Of a stretch of DNA of 64,000 bases, positions 1 through 12,514 are shown piece by piece. The position numbers and the translations under genes are program-made. The stretch is from positions 3,164,001 to 3,228,000 of the forward strand of contig NW_024704743.1 of NCBI RefSeq assembly GCF_018977255.1. The letters run 5' to 3'. The DNA comes from Callorhinchus milii (taxonomy: Eukaryota). The notes beneath the pieces were generated by a model, which was not told the DNA's origin, made no database searches, and saw only the letters and a program-made list of their open reading frames with translations. The first letter of the stretch is position 1. Every line of letters begins with the position of its first letter.

Positions 1-3000
1 GTGGATCAGCGGGTGGCACTGCAGCAGCAGCTAATTGACGTGATCCTGTACGTCTTGAAGGGGAACCCACAACTGCACTATTACCAGGGCTACCACGACA
101 TCGCCGTCACCTTCCTGCTGGTGATGGGGCCACGCATGGCTGCGGCTCTCCTGCAGATCCTCTCCACCCATCATCTCAGGTCAGTAAGTCATTCGCACTC
201 TTCCCTCCCCCACCCCTCTAATCTCAGGCCAGTCACCTGGCTCTTGCTGCACCCCCCTTCCCCCCATTTCAGGTCACTTGACCCCCAACAAGGATTATTA
301 TTATAATAACAGTGATGACGTCCCCTCCACTTTCTTTCCACAGGGACTTCATGGACAACACAATGGAGAACACCAAACATATCCTCAACTACCTGATGGC
401 CATCTTGGAGCAAGTGAAGCCAGAGCTTCACGAGTTTATCCAGAGGTGAATTTCCACGTCCCGTGCCCAGCGAGTGGCCAGAGCACCAGCGCAGACACAC
501 TCCTGTAACACGTGAGACAGGCTGCCAGTCTGCTCTCTGACCTTTGCCATGGCACTTTGTACAGCCGTTAGGAAATGTCTATTATAATAATAATAATCCT
601 AGCATTTGATATAGCGCCTTATCAACTCTTCGAGACATCTCAAAGCGCTTCACAGAATATACTGTAAAGTGAATTGACTGTTATTTTGTGGGTGAAACAC
701 ACACAGCAGCATCCCACAAACAGTCATGCATTGAGTAACCATTTTTTTTTTAAGAATTCTTACCCCTGGAAAGCAATCTGCCGATTGATTAACAATCCGG
801 CTCCTACTTACTGCTGGGTAACCAGAGGCGCGTGGAGTAAAGAAACTTTACGAAGGTTTCGCCCCACCCGGGAATCCAGGTCCTTTTCCGGGGGTAATAA
901 TCCTTTTTAAAAAAAATAAATAAATAAAATTTAAAAATAATAATCATTTGGTCACTCCATCCGCGACACTGCAATTGGCTGCCGCATTTCTCCCACAAAA
1001 TACACAGACAGTTCACTTTACAGTGTATTCTGTGAAGCGCTTTGAGACGTCTCGAAGACACGATAGGGCGCTATGTAAAATGCAAGGATTACTATTATTA
1101 CCTCTTTGACCGTGGTTTCGGTTAGGAGCTTTCCCCTCCCTACCTTGCTCAGTAACCTGGCCTGAAAGTGCCGAATATACGTTCAAGTTGTTGTTATCCC
1201 ACCCAGCAGTGCCTCTGGCTGTCTGCAGTGTGTACGAGTGTGTGTTTGTGTGTGTGTGTGTTGCAGGGCTGAGGTGGGCACCATCTTTGCACTGAGCTGG
1301 CTGATCACCTGGTATGGACATGTCCTCTCTGAGTTCTGCCACACAGTCCGGCTGTACGACTTCTTCCTGGCGAGTCACCCCCTCATGGCCATCTACTTCG
1401 CTGCAGTGGTAGGTGGTTGTTTCAGCCTTCCTCCTCCCACTCCACCTCTCCCCCTCCATTCCTCCCCGTGGGGAAAAGTCAGCCCCTTGTCAGCGCGGGG
1501 TCGGTGAGTAACCTGTCTAGCGCACGCATACGATTTCCATTCGAGGTCACTCACTTTGTGTAGAATCAGAGAATATTACAGCACAGAAGGAGGCCATTCG
1601 GCCCATCGTGCCTGAGCCGGCTCTTTGGAAGAGCTGCCCAATTAGTCCCACTCCCCCGCTCTTCCCCCATATCCTTGCAAATTTTTCCTTTTCAACTACC
1701 TATCTAATTCCCCTTTGAAAGTTGTTATCGAATCTGTTTTCACTGCCCTTTCAATGTAGTGCATTCCAGACCGTAACAACTCTCTCTCTCTGTTAAGAAA
1801 AATTCTCACCGTTCCCCCCTCTGGTTCTTTTGCCAATTGTCCTGAATAATAACAATAATAATAATCCTTACATTTGATACAGCGTCTTTTCACGTCATTG
1901 ACACGCATCAAAGCACTTGACTGGATATACTACAAAGTGTATATTTTGTGGGTGAAACACGGCAGCCAATTGCGCACAGCAGTGTCCCACAGGCAGTCGT
2001 GGATCGAATGTTTTTTTGGAGGGATTATTATTATCCCCGGAAAAGTGGTCCACCAGTTGACTTAACAATCGGGTTCCAACTGCTAGATAACCAGAAGAAT
2101 GTGTGAGTAAGGAAACTCACCTAAGCTTTGCCCTGCCGGGAATCAAACCCGGGAATCCTCTTGCCTTGCGAAGCGAGCGCGCTAACTACTACACTGCGGG
2201 ACTGGGGTGATGATGGTGCAGAGTTTGGTGTGGCTGAGGATACGGCTGGTGGAGGTTGAATTGGTTAGACTGTGTGATTGGTAGCGCTGGGCAGACCAGC
2301 GAGGAACACGTCGGAGAAATTGAGGTGGGAGATGGCGAAACCGTTGAATGATAGTTTGAGTAGAGTTCAGTATCCTCGTTCACACCTTCAAGGCCCTCCA
2401 CTCCATACCTCTGTCACCTGCTAACTCCATATCAACCTGTCTGCTCCCTCCTCCACTCAGCAAGCTCTGACCTGCTCCACATCTCCCGCCCTACCATCGA
2501 CGGTCGGGCCTTCGGACCCTCTACCCCCACCCTCTGGAACTCCATCCCACAGTCCCTTCACCTCATTCATTCCCTTGCCTCCTTCATGGCCCGTCTCAAG
2601 ACCCTTCTCTCCGACCCACCCTCCTACTCCTCCTGCCCTACGCCCCTCCTGATCCCAACACTCCCCACCAGTTCAGGTCCAAGTCCTTGACTGTCCAACG
2701 CCTTGGGACATCCTCCTGACTTGAAAGCCGCTGTGTAAATGTAATGTGTTGTTGTTGGGTGTGAGGTACGTGCGTGTGACCGGTGCCGTACCTGACCTGT
2801 GGCAGAGTGGGTTGCTCTGTGGGGGAGAGCTGACAGGCGGGTGTGTCTGTGTTTCAGGTTGTTCTGCACAGGGAAGAGGCTGTCCTGAGGTGTGACTGTG
2901 ACATGCCCAGTGTCCACCAGCTGCTGTCCCAGATCCCACAGGACCTGCCGTACCAAGCCCTGATACTGAGAGCAGAAGAGCTGTTTTCGCGCTATCCGCC

Positions 3001-4144
3001 CTCTCAGCTCGCCAAGCTACCCGCCCTGCAGCACCACAAGAGGCAAGCTCATACTCTAATAATATCATCATCCTCTCACTTGTTTTCAAATCCATCCCTT
3101 CGTGCCCTCGCACCTCCCTACCTCTCCGACCTGCTTACTCCCCGCTCCACCACCCGCTGCTCTGTCGGCTTTCTCCGGCCTCCTGCTTGTCCCTCGTCCC
3201 CTCCGCTCCACCATCGGTGGCCCTGCCTTCAGCCACTACGCCCCGAAGCTCTGGAACTCGCTCCCTCAATCCATCCGCCTTGCCTCCTGCCTCGCCACCT
3301 TCAAATCCCGCCTAAAGCCCTTCCTTTTTAATCGTACTTAGGGTCACCTCTCCCCCTCCTCCCTCTCCCCTGGCTTGTTGTCAGACTCCGCCGCTGTCAA
3401 GAGCTTCGGGATGCTACCCTGCGTGAAGGGCACTATATAGATAGTGGAGTCCGGTAGCTTAGCGCCTTGGGACGTCCTCCCGACGTGAAAGGCGCTCTAT
3501 AAATGAAATCTTGTTGTTGTTGTAGTGGTTAGAGCGCTCGTCTCACAAGCGAGAGTATTTGGGTTCGATTCCCGGGCGGGGTGAAACGTTGGGCAAGTTT
3601 CCTTACGCCACACGCTTTAGTCGATTGGCGGATTGCTATTCCGGGGGTAATAATCCCATGTTTTAAAAAAAAAGAGTTAAATAAGTAATAATAATTTGGT
3701 CACTCAATCCACGACTGTTTCTGGGACTCTGTTGTGTGCGATTGGCTGCCGCATTTCGCCCACAAAAGATAGTCAATTCACTTTACACTATATTCTCTGA
3801 AGCGCTTTGAGACGTCTCGAAGATGTGTGTGTGTGTGAGTGTGAGAGTGTGTAAGAGGCAGGGTGGTTCTGTGACATGTTTTTCCCTCCACCCACAGTAT
3901 CGCCGTCAGCAGTTTCCAGGGTTTCCAGCTGTCCAGGTGCCTGCAGCGGCCGGACCGGGTGCTACGTAGCGAGCAGTGGGAGAGCGCGGGTGCCCAGTGC
4001 CAGCCCACATCCTCGCCTGGCGCCAGCCAGCTGGTCCGGATGGCAGTGTGGGCACTGACTGCCACACTGGGCGCCGCTGCTATTGCCGTTGTCAATACCG
4101 CGGTGGAGTGGAGCCCGGAGTTCGTTCTGCAGCTATTTTCATGA
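1..4144 (+). CDS. TBC1D20: TBC1 domain family member 20(-like) Rab-GAP, 5'-truncated by the window; exons 1-179, 344-445, 1267-1408, 2858-3042, 3898-4144
   Basis: Spliced translation: ...[17 protein letters not shown]...[25 protein letters not shown]...[25 protein letters not shown]...[52 protein letters not shown].../SIAVSSF...QRPDRVLR...[36 protein letters not shown]. This matches TBC1D20, including the YYQG motif and the C-terminal TM anchor. Exon phases are consistent; the last intron is GC-AG. Ortholog versus paralog is unresolved. Confidence 0.93.
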
Positions 4145-5226
4145 AGCTTCTCCCCAACGTGTGCCCACCACAAACCATCACAGCTTACCATTGATATCGC
4201 TGAATGGCCAAGCTTCCCCGCTGCTCGTCCAGCTCGGACCACCCTCCCCATTAGGGCTTTGGCTGCAGGTTTAACAGGAACTGAGTGGGCGGATTCCCTG
4301 TCCCCAGCGACGACTCTGCCCTTCCAGGTCCTGCCGATGAGCCGGGCCGGGCTGTGCTGTTGTCAGCAGTGAGTGCTCTGGAATACTGCGGACCCTCCTG
4401 GCTCAGGAACCGGACTAGAGACCGTCACAGAGGGCGGGGGCCCGATTCTGATCTGTCGTGGCCATACGGGTCACTTTGGAGCGAGTTGAGGACCTGGGTC
4501 TGATTCCCGGGCAGGGCTAGTTTCTTTACTGGACACGGCTCTGTTTACCTCGCAGTAAGTAGGAACCCTATTTCCGGGGGTAACGATCCCTTCAAGAATC
4601 ATAATGATTTGATCGCTCGGTGTTTGTGGGGACGCTGCTGTGCGCAATTGGCCGCCGCATTTCACCCACAAAACACACAGTCAATTCGCTGTGTAGTATA
4701 TTCTGTGAAGCGCTTCGAGACATCTCGAAGGCGCAATAAGGCGTTGTATCAACTGCAAGGATTATTATTATTATCCACAACATGTGTACAGCTGCCTTCA
4801 CGCGAGATAGTTGTCTGCAATTGCGATACGTACTTTGACAGGATGAATGTCAGGCACCGTGTAACCATCACTGTCCAGTCTTATCAGAAATACAAGTGCC
4901 CCATGTGGGGGTGGGGGTGAGGGGTTGTTGAGGTGTGTGTATGGCGGGGGGGGCAGTGGGGGCGCTGGCTGCCGCCTGTGATAAAACTGGTCCCGTTGCA
5001 TTCCGTGGGCGATGTCAATGCTTTAATTATGTATCAGGCGTCTTGTTATCATAAAAATATTTTTCAATTTCACGTGTCCTTTATTCTTTATTATCAGCTT
5101 TCGGGCTGATCAGCGATCCCAGATATATTGCAGACTCCCCACCCCCCCCACCCCCGCATACGCACATACACACATACATTCACACAGCACTGCCCCCCTC
5201 CACACACACACAGACAGACAGACAGA

Positions 5227-5595
5227 GTGGAGTCCTGTAGCGTAGTGGTTAGAGCACTCGTCTCGCCAGCGAGATGACCCGGGTTCAATTCCTTGGCAGG
5301 GCAAACGTTGGGCAAGTTTCCTTACTCCACACGCCTCTGTTTACCGAGAGGAAGTAGGAACCCGGTTGTTAGTTGATCGGCGGATCACTTTCCGGGGGTA
5401 ATAATACCTTCAAAAAAAGATTTGGTCACTCGATCCATGACTGTCTGTGGGACACTGCTGTACCGCATTTCAGCCGCAAAATACAGAGTCGCTGCACGTT
5501 GTAGTGCATCCTGTGAAGCACTTTGCAAGGTCCCGAAGACCTGACGAGCCGCTATATCAAATGCAAGGATTATTATTATCATTATTATTATTATC
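5227..5595 (+). mobile_element. tRNA-derived SINE (family A), representative near-full copy; dozens of full or partial copies in the window
   Basis: Head GGAGTCCTGTAGC(G/T)(T/C)AGTGGTTAGAGCACTCG...GGGTTCRATTCC (A/B boxes), body GGGCAAGTTTCCTTACTCCACACGCCTCTG..., tail GAAGCGCTTTGAGACGTC...TATCAAATGCAAGGA(TTA)n. Other copies include 3523-3822, 24940-25272, 32153-32505, 38281-38575, 39630-39995, 52100-52460 and 63118-63390 (+); 1853-2195, 15415-15740, 31600-31920 and 56650-57212 (-). Confidence 0.85.
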
Positions 5596-7989
5596 AATCA
5601 GCGCTGTGAGACCAGTGTTACGATGAGAGCTGCCATCCCTCGTCTCTCTGCCAGCTAATTAGTGCCGGCGCACACGGCGCAGGTCGAACATATGTCGCAG
5701 CCTGAGGCGTGCAGCGCTGCTGGGTGTGAAGCCAACTTCAGCAGTAATGAGAGGTTTCATCTGCGGAGCGTGGGGCTGGCAGATGAGGTGCGGGGCTCTG
5801 CGGCCGGCTGGAGGCAAGAGAGCTGCCGGCCGCGCTGCAGACAGCGGCTCCCGCTCTGCTCCTAGAAGCGAAACGTAAATTCTCTCAGGCGGAATAATTG
5901 GCCGCCTCATCTGGTGCAATTAGCTTCTCCAGGTTGGTTGGTTGGTTTGCGAATTTAGTCTGAGGGAGACTGTGCGCGTCTGTGTGTGCGCGCGCGCGTG
6001 TGCGTGCGACACTGTGTGTGAGAGACTGTGCGCGGGGGGAAGGGAGGGGGCGGGGAGGGAAATGCAGGATGTTCGTGCGTGCAGACGGGGATGAGAAACG
6101 CGTCAGCAAATTTATTTTGAGAGTTTCTTTGCTGAGAGGTTGCGGAGAGGACACGGGGTGGGGGAGAGAGAGAGAGAGAGAGAGAAAGCGAGAGACACGC
6201 GCGGGTGATGGAGACGAGAAGGGGATCAGAGTGCTGCGCAGGAAACTGCCGTCGAGTGTAGTGACTGAATTTGCCTAGCCCCGCGCTCAGCTGGGAAGCG
6301 AGCGACCCAATCGTTATTTGGCGACCAAATCATTATTATTTTGGTCAATGTGCATGAGTACAATTTAATACGATTGTAAACTGTGCCGTGTTGCGTTGCA
6401 GAGGCCACATCCCCTTCAATTACAGCCCAAGGTTAGTGAAGGGGACACTCTGTGTCCTTGAGGCTTACATCACAAACTGCGTGGGCTGGGGAGGGGGGAG
6501 TGGGGGGAGGGAAGTCCCGGGGGGGGGGGGGGGGGAGGGGGAGGGGGGAGAGGAGCCCACGTGCTGTCGTGGTGAGTGTAAGGACACGGAAAGGTGAGAC
6601 GGAACAGATAACAGACCCTGAGCCGGGCAGTGAAGGCATTCGCAGCCTTCCCTCCTCTCCCTTCCTGAGAACCGACTACACGAGGGAGAGATTTGGGGGG
6701 GCAGAGCGTTCGCTTTGCCCAACCAGGTGTCCGACACACACGGAAACCCGTCACCGTTGCTGAAGAGTCTCCAAACCGAGCTGCTAATTCCATGCATCCC
6801 ACTGAGGCGTGGAAATCCCAGAGATAGATTGCTGGAATGGAATGCGCTCTCTCCCTGGAGGGACGCATCCCGCTTACCTAATTCCGCTCAGGATTAGGCG
6901 CAGGTTGGCAAGAGCCAAGGCTTGGGGAAGCCAGAGCGTGCTTTGGGGTAACTGCTAAGACCACACGGTTTGCCATTGAGAGTACGGCTTTCCTGCTGCT
7001 TGTCCATCAAAGACCACCCTACCCTTTAAGCCTTTGGCTTTCAGGGTTAACAGGAGCTGAGTGGGATGATTCCCTGACACGACTGGTAGCACCTTATCAC
7101 GTCTTCGAGACGTCCCAAAGCACTTCACGGAATAGACTGTAAAGTGAATTGACTGAATGTTTTGTGGGCGACGCGCGGCAGCCAATTGTGCACAGCGGCG
7201 TCCCCACAAACTCTCGCGGGTTGAGTGACCAATTTATTCTTATTTATTTATCTTGTCTTTTTTTTTTTCCCCACAGAGGTTATTACCCCCCGGAAAAGCG
7301 ATCGGCCACTCGACTAACGACTGGGTTCCTGCTCACTGCTCGCGAAACACGGGCGGGTGGAGTAAGGAAACTCGCCTCACGTTTCCCCCGGCCCAGGCAT
7401 CGAAGCCACAGATCCTCTCGCTTAATAAAAAAAGGAACGTTAATCAGCGTTGTACATTAATAATCCCGGTGCGCGTGTGTGTGTGTGCGTGCGTGCGCGT
7501 GTGTGCGTGTGCGTGCGTGCCGTCGTGACGTGTTCCCCTGTCTGTTTAAAAAGCAAACCTAGCCTCGCTTACCGCCCCCCCCCCCCCACCCCCCACACAC
7601 CCACCCCACCCCTCTTGGAACGTGTTGACGTGAACAGCTCTGTACTGCAGTGAAGCTGTCCTTCCGCAGGGAGGAGGGAATCGATTGTTTAGTGGGAAAA
7701 AGTGCTGAAACAGCAAAGCTTCAGGGAGCGCACGTTGTCTCTGAGTCATTCGACTCTCTCTCTCTCTCGCTCGCTTTCCTCTCTCTCCCTCTTTCTCTCT
7801 CGCACACTTGCTCTCGCGCTCTCTCTCTCGCTCCCCTCGGATCAGCAGCCTGAACCAACCCGGAGAGAGAGAGAGAGAGAGACAAGAGAGGGCAATGCAC
7901 AGGTTGATTATAAAGTTCCACCGGCATCGTTGTACAAATGAGTAGTTTCGTTTCAATTACTTTAAAACAAATCAACACACACAATGATT

Positions 7990-8385
7990 GCACGTCGTTA
8001 CACACACGTAATTACACACAAACACACATAGTTGCACACACGCGCATATAATTACACGCACATATCGGTCCACCCACAGACATAGTTACACACACATTCA
8101 CATAGGTACACACACACACACACACACACTCACATAGTTACACACACCCACAGTTACACACACAAATAGTACACATACACATAGTTACACACACATAGTT
8201 ACACACACACACATAATTACACACACTCTCGCATATTTACACACATACACAAACATAGTTACACCCACATAGTTACACACACACTCACATAGTTACACAC
8301 ACAGTTGCACACTCACAGTTACGCACACGCAGTTACACACACACACACATAGTTACGCACATACATGCCTCTGCCCTTCCAACTG
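7990..8385. repeat. ACACACATAGTT-type degenerate minisatellite
   Basis: Visible tandem units. Confidence 0.75.
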
Positions 8386-9535
8386 CTACGCCCTCCCCAC
8401 CTCCCATCACACCCCCTCCCCACCACCCCCGCACTCCGACCCCTACCCACTCTTCCCTCCACACGTTCAACCCTGTCTCCCCCCCTTCAGCACCTCCAAC
8501 ATGTCCAAAATGAAGCCCACCACCTGCTCCCTCAACCCCATCCCTACCCCTCTCCCTATCCCCTTGCCCCTCTACTCACAGATATCATCAATCTCTTCTT
8601 GAACACTGGCAGGTTACCCAACCCCTTAAAAATAGCCGTCATCATCCCCGTCCTCAAAAAACCTCCCCTGGTCCCACCCCTGCTCCCCCACTACCATCCC
8701 ATCTCCAACCTCCCTTTCCTTTCCAACGTCCCGGAATAAATTGTTGTTTCCCAGCTTTGCTTCTTCTTCTTCTTCTTCCGTCACTCCCACTACGAACTCC
8801 TCCAATCGGGTTTCCGTGCCGCCCACAGCACAGAAACAGCCCTGGTCAAATTGACAAAGGACATTCTGTCCATCTGTGTGACCAAGGCTCCTTCCATCTC
8901 CCCTTATCCTCCTTGAGCTTGGACTATGGGAACTCTCTCCTCGCCGGCCTTCCCGGCACCTCCCTCCGCAAGCTGCAGGTCATTCAGAACTCTGCAGCTC
9001 GTGTACTGTCCCGCACCAGGCTTCGGGACCACATCACTCCCACCCTCGCCCTCGCTCGCCTCCACTGGCTCCCCATCCCCCAGAGGATCGAATTCAAGAT
9101 CCTCATCCTCACCTACAAGGCCATTCACGGCCTCGCTCCCTCCTACCTCTCCGACCTACTATCCCCCTACCTACCCGCCCGTACCCTCCGTTCCTCTGGC
9201 TCCGGTCTGCCCCACATCCCCCGCCCCATCCGCCCTACTATCGGTGGTCGGGCCTTCAGCCTCTCAGCCCCGAGGCTCTGGAAGTCTATCCCCCAGTGCC
9301 TTTGCCGCCTCCTCCCTTTCCTCCTTCAAGGCCGGTCTCAAGACCTTTCTCTTTGACCGTGCCTTCAGCTCCCCTCTCGACTCTCTACCCCCTCCTCGCT
9401 CCCTCCCTTCCCTCCCCTCACCCTGACCATTTCCCCCTTGCTCGGGTCGTGACCCAACTGTACAGCGCCTTGGGACGTCCTCCCGATGTGAAAGGCGCTC
9501 AATAAATGGAATTTTGTTGTTGTTGTTGTTGTTGA
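8365..9535 (+). mobile_element. L2 LINE ORF2 remnant with 3' end
   Basis: Degenerate RT-region peptides ([87 protein letters not shown]) and a (TTG)n tail. Confidence 0.9.
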
Positions 9536-10250
9536 CCTCTCTGCTGCCATTGACGCAGTTACCACTCTATTCTCCTCCACCACCTCTCCTCTCACCTCAA
9601 CATTCATGGTTCCGTCCTTGAACCGTTCAGACCCCACCTCTCACACCATCTCCACTTTGTATCTACATGCAGCTTCTCCTCCAGCCCCCGCACCATCTCA
9701 TGCGACGTTCCTCGGGGCTCTGTCCTCGATCCTCTCCTCTTCAACATCTATATGCTCCCGCCTGGTGACGTCATCCGCAGACATGGGGTCAACTTCTACA
9801 TGTATGCAGATGACACCCAACTCTATCTTTCCGCCTCCACCCTCGACTCCAGGACCACTGATGTCCTGACAGAATGTCTGTCAGACATCAAGTCCTGGAT
9901 GAGAGCTAACATTCTACAGTTGAACATCAACAAGACCGAGGCTCTCCTGTTCGATTGACTCATGTCAGCGCCTCTACACCTCAAGCGCTGGCAGCATCAC
10001 CATCCAAGGATGCACACTCCACCTCACTGAGCCTGTCGGGAACCTTGGCATCTTGTTTGATCCCCCCAACTAGGATTGAGTCCGTTAACTCCCTGGTCGG
10101 CCTTCCCAACTCTTCCCACCACAAGCTGCAGATCCTCCAGAACTCTGCAGCTCGTGTCCTCTCCCACTCCAGGCTCGGTGACCCTATCACCCCCACCCTC
10201 GCCCGGCTCCACTGTCTCCCCTTCCCCCAGCGGATAGAGTTCATGGTTTA
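9536..10250 (+). mobile_element. L2 LINE RT fragment
   Basis: MYADDTQLYLS, CLSDIKSWMRANILQLNINKTEALL and LQILQNSAARVL peptides, with frameshifts. Confidence 0.85.
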
Positions 10251-11976
10251 CACCTGATTGAATGATGAAAATAATAATGTGGTCACTCAATCCACGACTG
10301 TTTGTGGGACACTGTTGTGCGCAATTGGCTGCCACGTTTCACCCACAAAAGATACAGTCGATTCGCTTTTCTGTGAGACGCTTTGAGACGTCTCGAATAT
10401 GTGATAAGGCGCGATATCAAATGCGAGGATTATTATTGATATGATTTCATATGCTGGCTTGTGCTGTTGACTCGTGATGCGCACACGGTCTGCACGCACG
10501 GTTTACACACGATTTGGGATAGAGTTTCACGTGGTTACACGCACGCACGTGGTTGACACTGGGGCCTGCCTCACGCCAGCACGCTCTTAAAACCTCTCGC
10601 TGCTCTGTGTTTATGCAGGGGAAGAGGAAGTGAACGTTATCGATTGTGCAAAATGGCCACGGTTCAGACATTGAGGGGCGTGGGGGAGGTTAAGCCAGTG
10701 TTCACAGGGTGGGGTTTGGGGTGGGGTGGGGTGGGGTGGGAGGGGGCATTATGACAGTACACATACCTGGTCCAAGTGAGGGGCCAATGAAGAGGCTTGA
10801 TAGAGCCCCCCTCCCCCTCACTTCCCCCTCCCCTCGCCCGAGTCACAACCGCTCGCGCATCACACCCGGATTGAGTGACAATCAATTGTCTCCTTTGGCC
10901 AATTCCAAGAATCAGCTTCAAGCCTTGAGAAGCAGCATGTCGCCTGCTCGCATGCTTCTCTCCTCTCCTCTGCTCTGCTGGACTGAGGTAACACTGCTCC
11001 CCCTCACCCCCTGCCCCTGGGCCGCCATCACTAATTGCTCACCGCAGTCTGGAGCTGTCTGAGCCCAGATTGTGGCCCAGTTGTTGGGATTCGCTTCCAG
11101 CGACAACTCCCCCTCTGGCTCGCAAACAGCTCTCTCACCGTTCGCAGAAACCCTAACTCCTTCAATCCCGGTTCTGGTGGGATAAATCGTGTGTCAGCCT
11201 GGCTCAGCGGTAGCGCTCTCGCCTCTGGGTCAGAAGGTTCAAGCCCCCACATTGGGGCTTGGAATCACGCTGTCCAGACTGACACTCCAGTGCGGTGCTG
11301 GGGGGTGTTGCATTGTCAGAGGTGCCGTCCTGCGGACGAGACGTTAAACCGAGGTCCCGTCTGCCTATTCAGCTGAACAGGGTCCAAGATGACATGTTTG
11401 CCAACGGAATATCAGAATTAAGCCCACCCCCTGTGAGGGGTCTCTAGTCCGGTTCCTGAGCCAGGAGGGTCCACAGTATTCCAGGGCACTCACTGCTGAT
11501 CACAGCGCAGCCCGGCCCTGGCTCATCGGCAGGACCTGTCACTGGGGGAAGGGAATCCTACCACTCAGCTCCTGTTATCCCTGCAAGCCAAAGCCCGAGC
11601 GGGTAGGGTGGTCCTAGCTGGACAAGCAGTGGGAAAGCTTGCTGGACAGTGCTTTCAATGGCAAGTTGGGCGGTCTTAGCTGGTTAGACTCAAGCAGTTA
11701 CCCCAACACACACTCTGAGGTCCCCCAAGCCTTGGCTCTTGCCAACCTGCGCCTAGTACTCTCTGGAATTAGTTAAGCAGGATGCGTCCAGAGAGAAAGA
11801 GCGTGCGCATTCCAGTCCCAACAACCTGTCTCTGGAATTTCCACGTGGAGGTGAGATGCATGGAAATCTCAGCTTGGTTTGGAGCATGGTGACGGGTTTC
11901 CGCGCGTGTTAGACACCCGGCTGACCAAAAAAAAAAAAATGAATGACAAAACGAATGAGTGGGAGGATTTCTTCGG

Positions 11977-11982
11977 TTTATT
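11977..11982 (-). terminator. PolyA signal (AATAAA) for the uncharacterised gene
   Basis: TTTATT on the + strand, about 530 nt downstream of the stop, followed on the minus strand by a U-rich tract. Confidence 0.5.
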
Positions 11983-12514
11983 TGGTGATTAATTACTGAA
12001 CAGGGCCCCTCCCCTCCCCTCGGTCCCACAGCCCTGCTCTCAGTCCAGCTTCAGCAATACACTCCTTCTGGGGGGGGGTGAGCGGTGGAATGGGGGGGGG
12101 TGGGGCGTGGGTGGGTGGCGGGGGTTGGAAGGGGGGCTTCTGATGGTCCTGGCCACATGTCCTCCAGATTCAATCAGTCATCGCTGCGTGAGGTACCTTG
12201 CTGTGTGTTTGCACACAGAGGAGTTTGCCTGCAAAATGCCAGTCTAGCCCCCCCCACCCCACCACCCCCACCCCACCCTCTCTATAACAGCAATTAGAAG
12301 AAACAGTTGGCAACTATGGAGCATGCACTGCTTTGAGGCCATGTTAACGCTGAGTACCTTCCTTCTTTCACCTGCGAGCTCTGGGAAGGCGGCCTTGTTC
12401 TGGGAGCGACTTCTTCAGTAAGATCTGGGAATGTTGTGGGAATGCCTTGTTGGCCGGCGGAGCTGGGATTTCCCGGGAAGCTGAGGCCCACCCATGGGGA
12501 GGAGGCGCTGGGGT

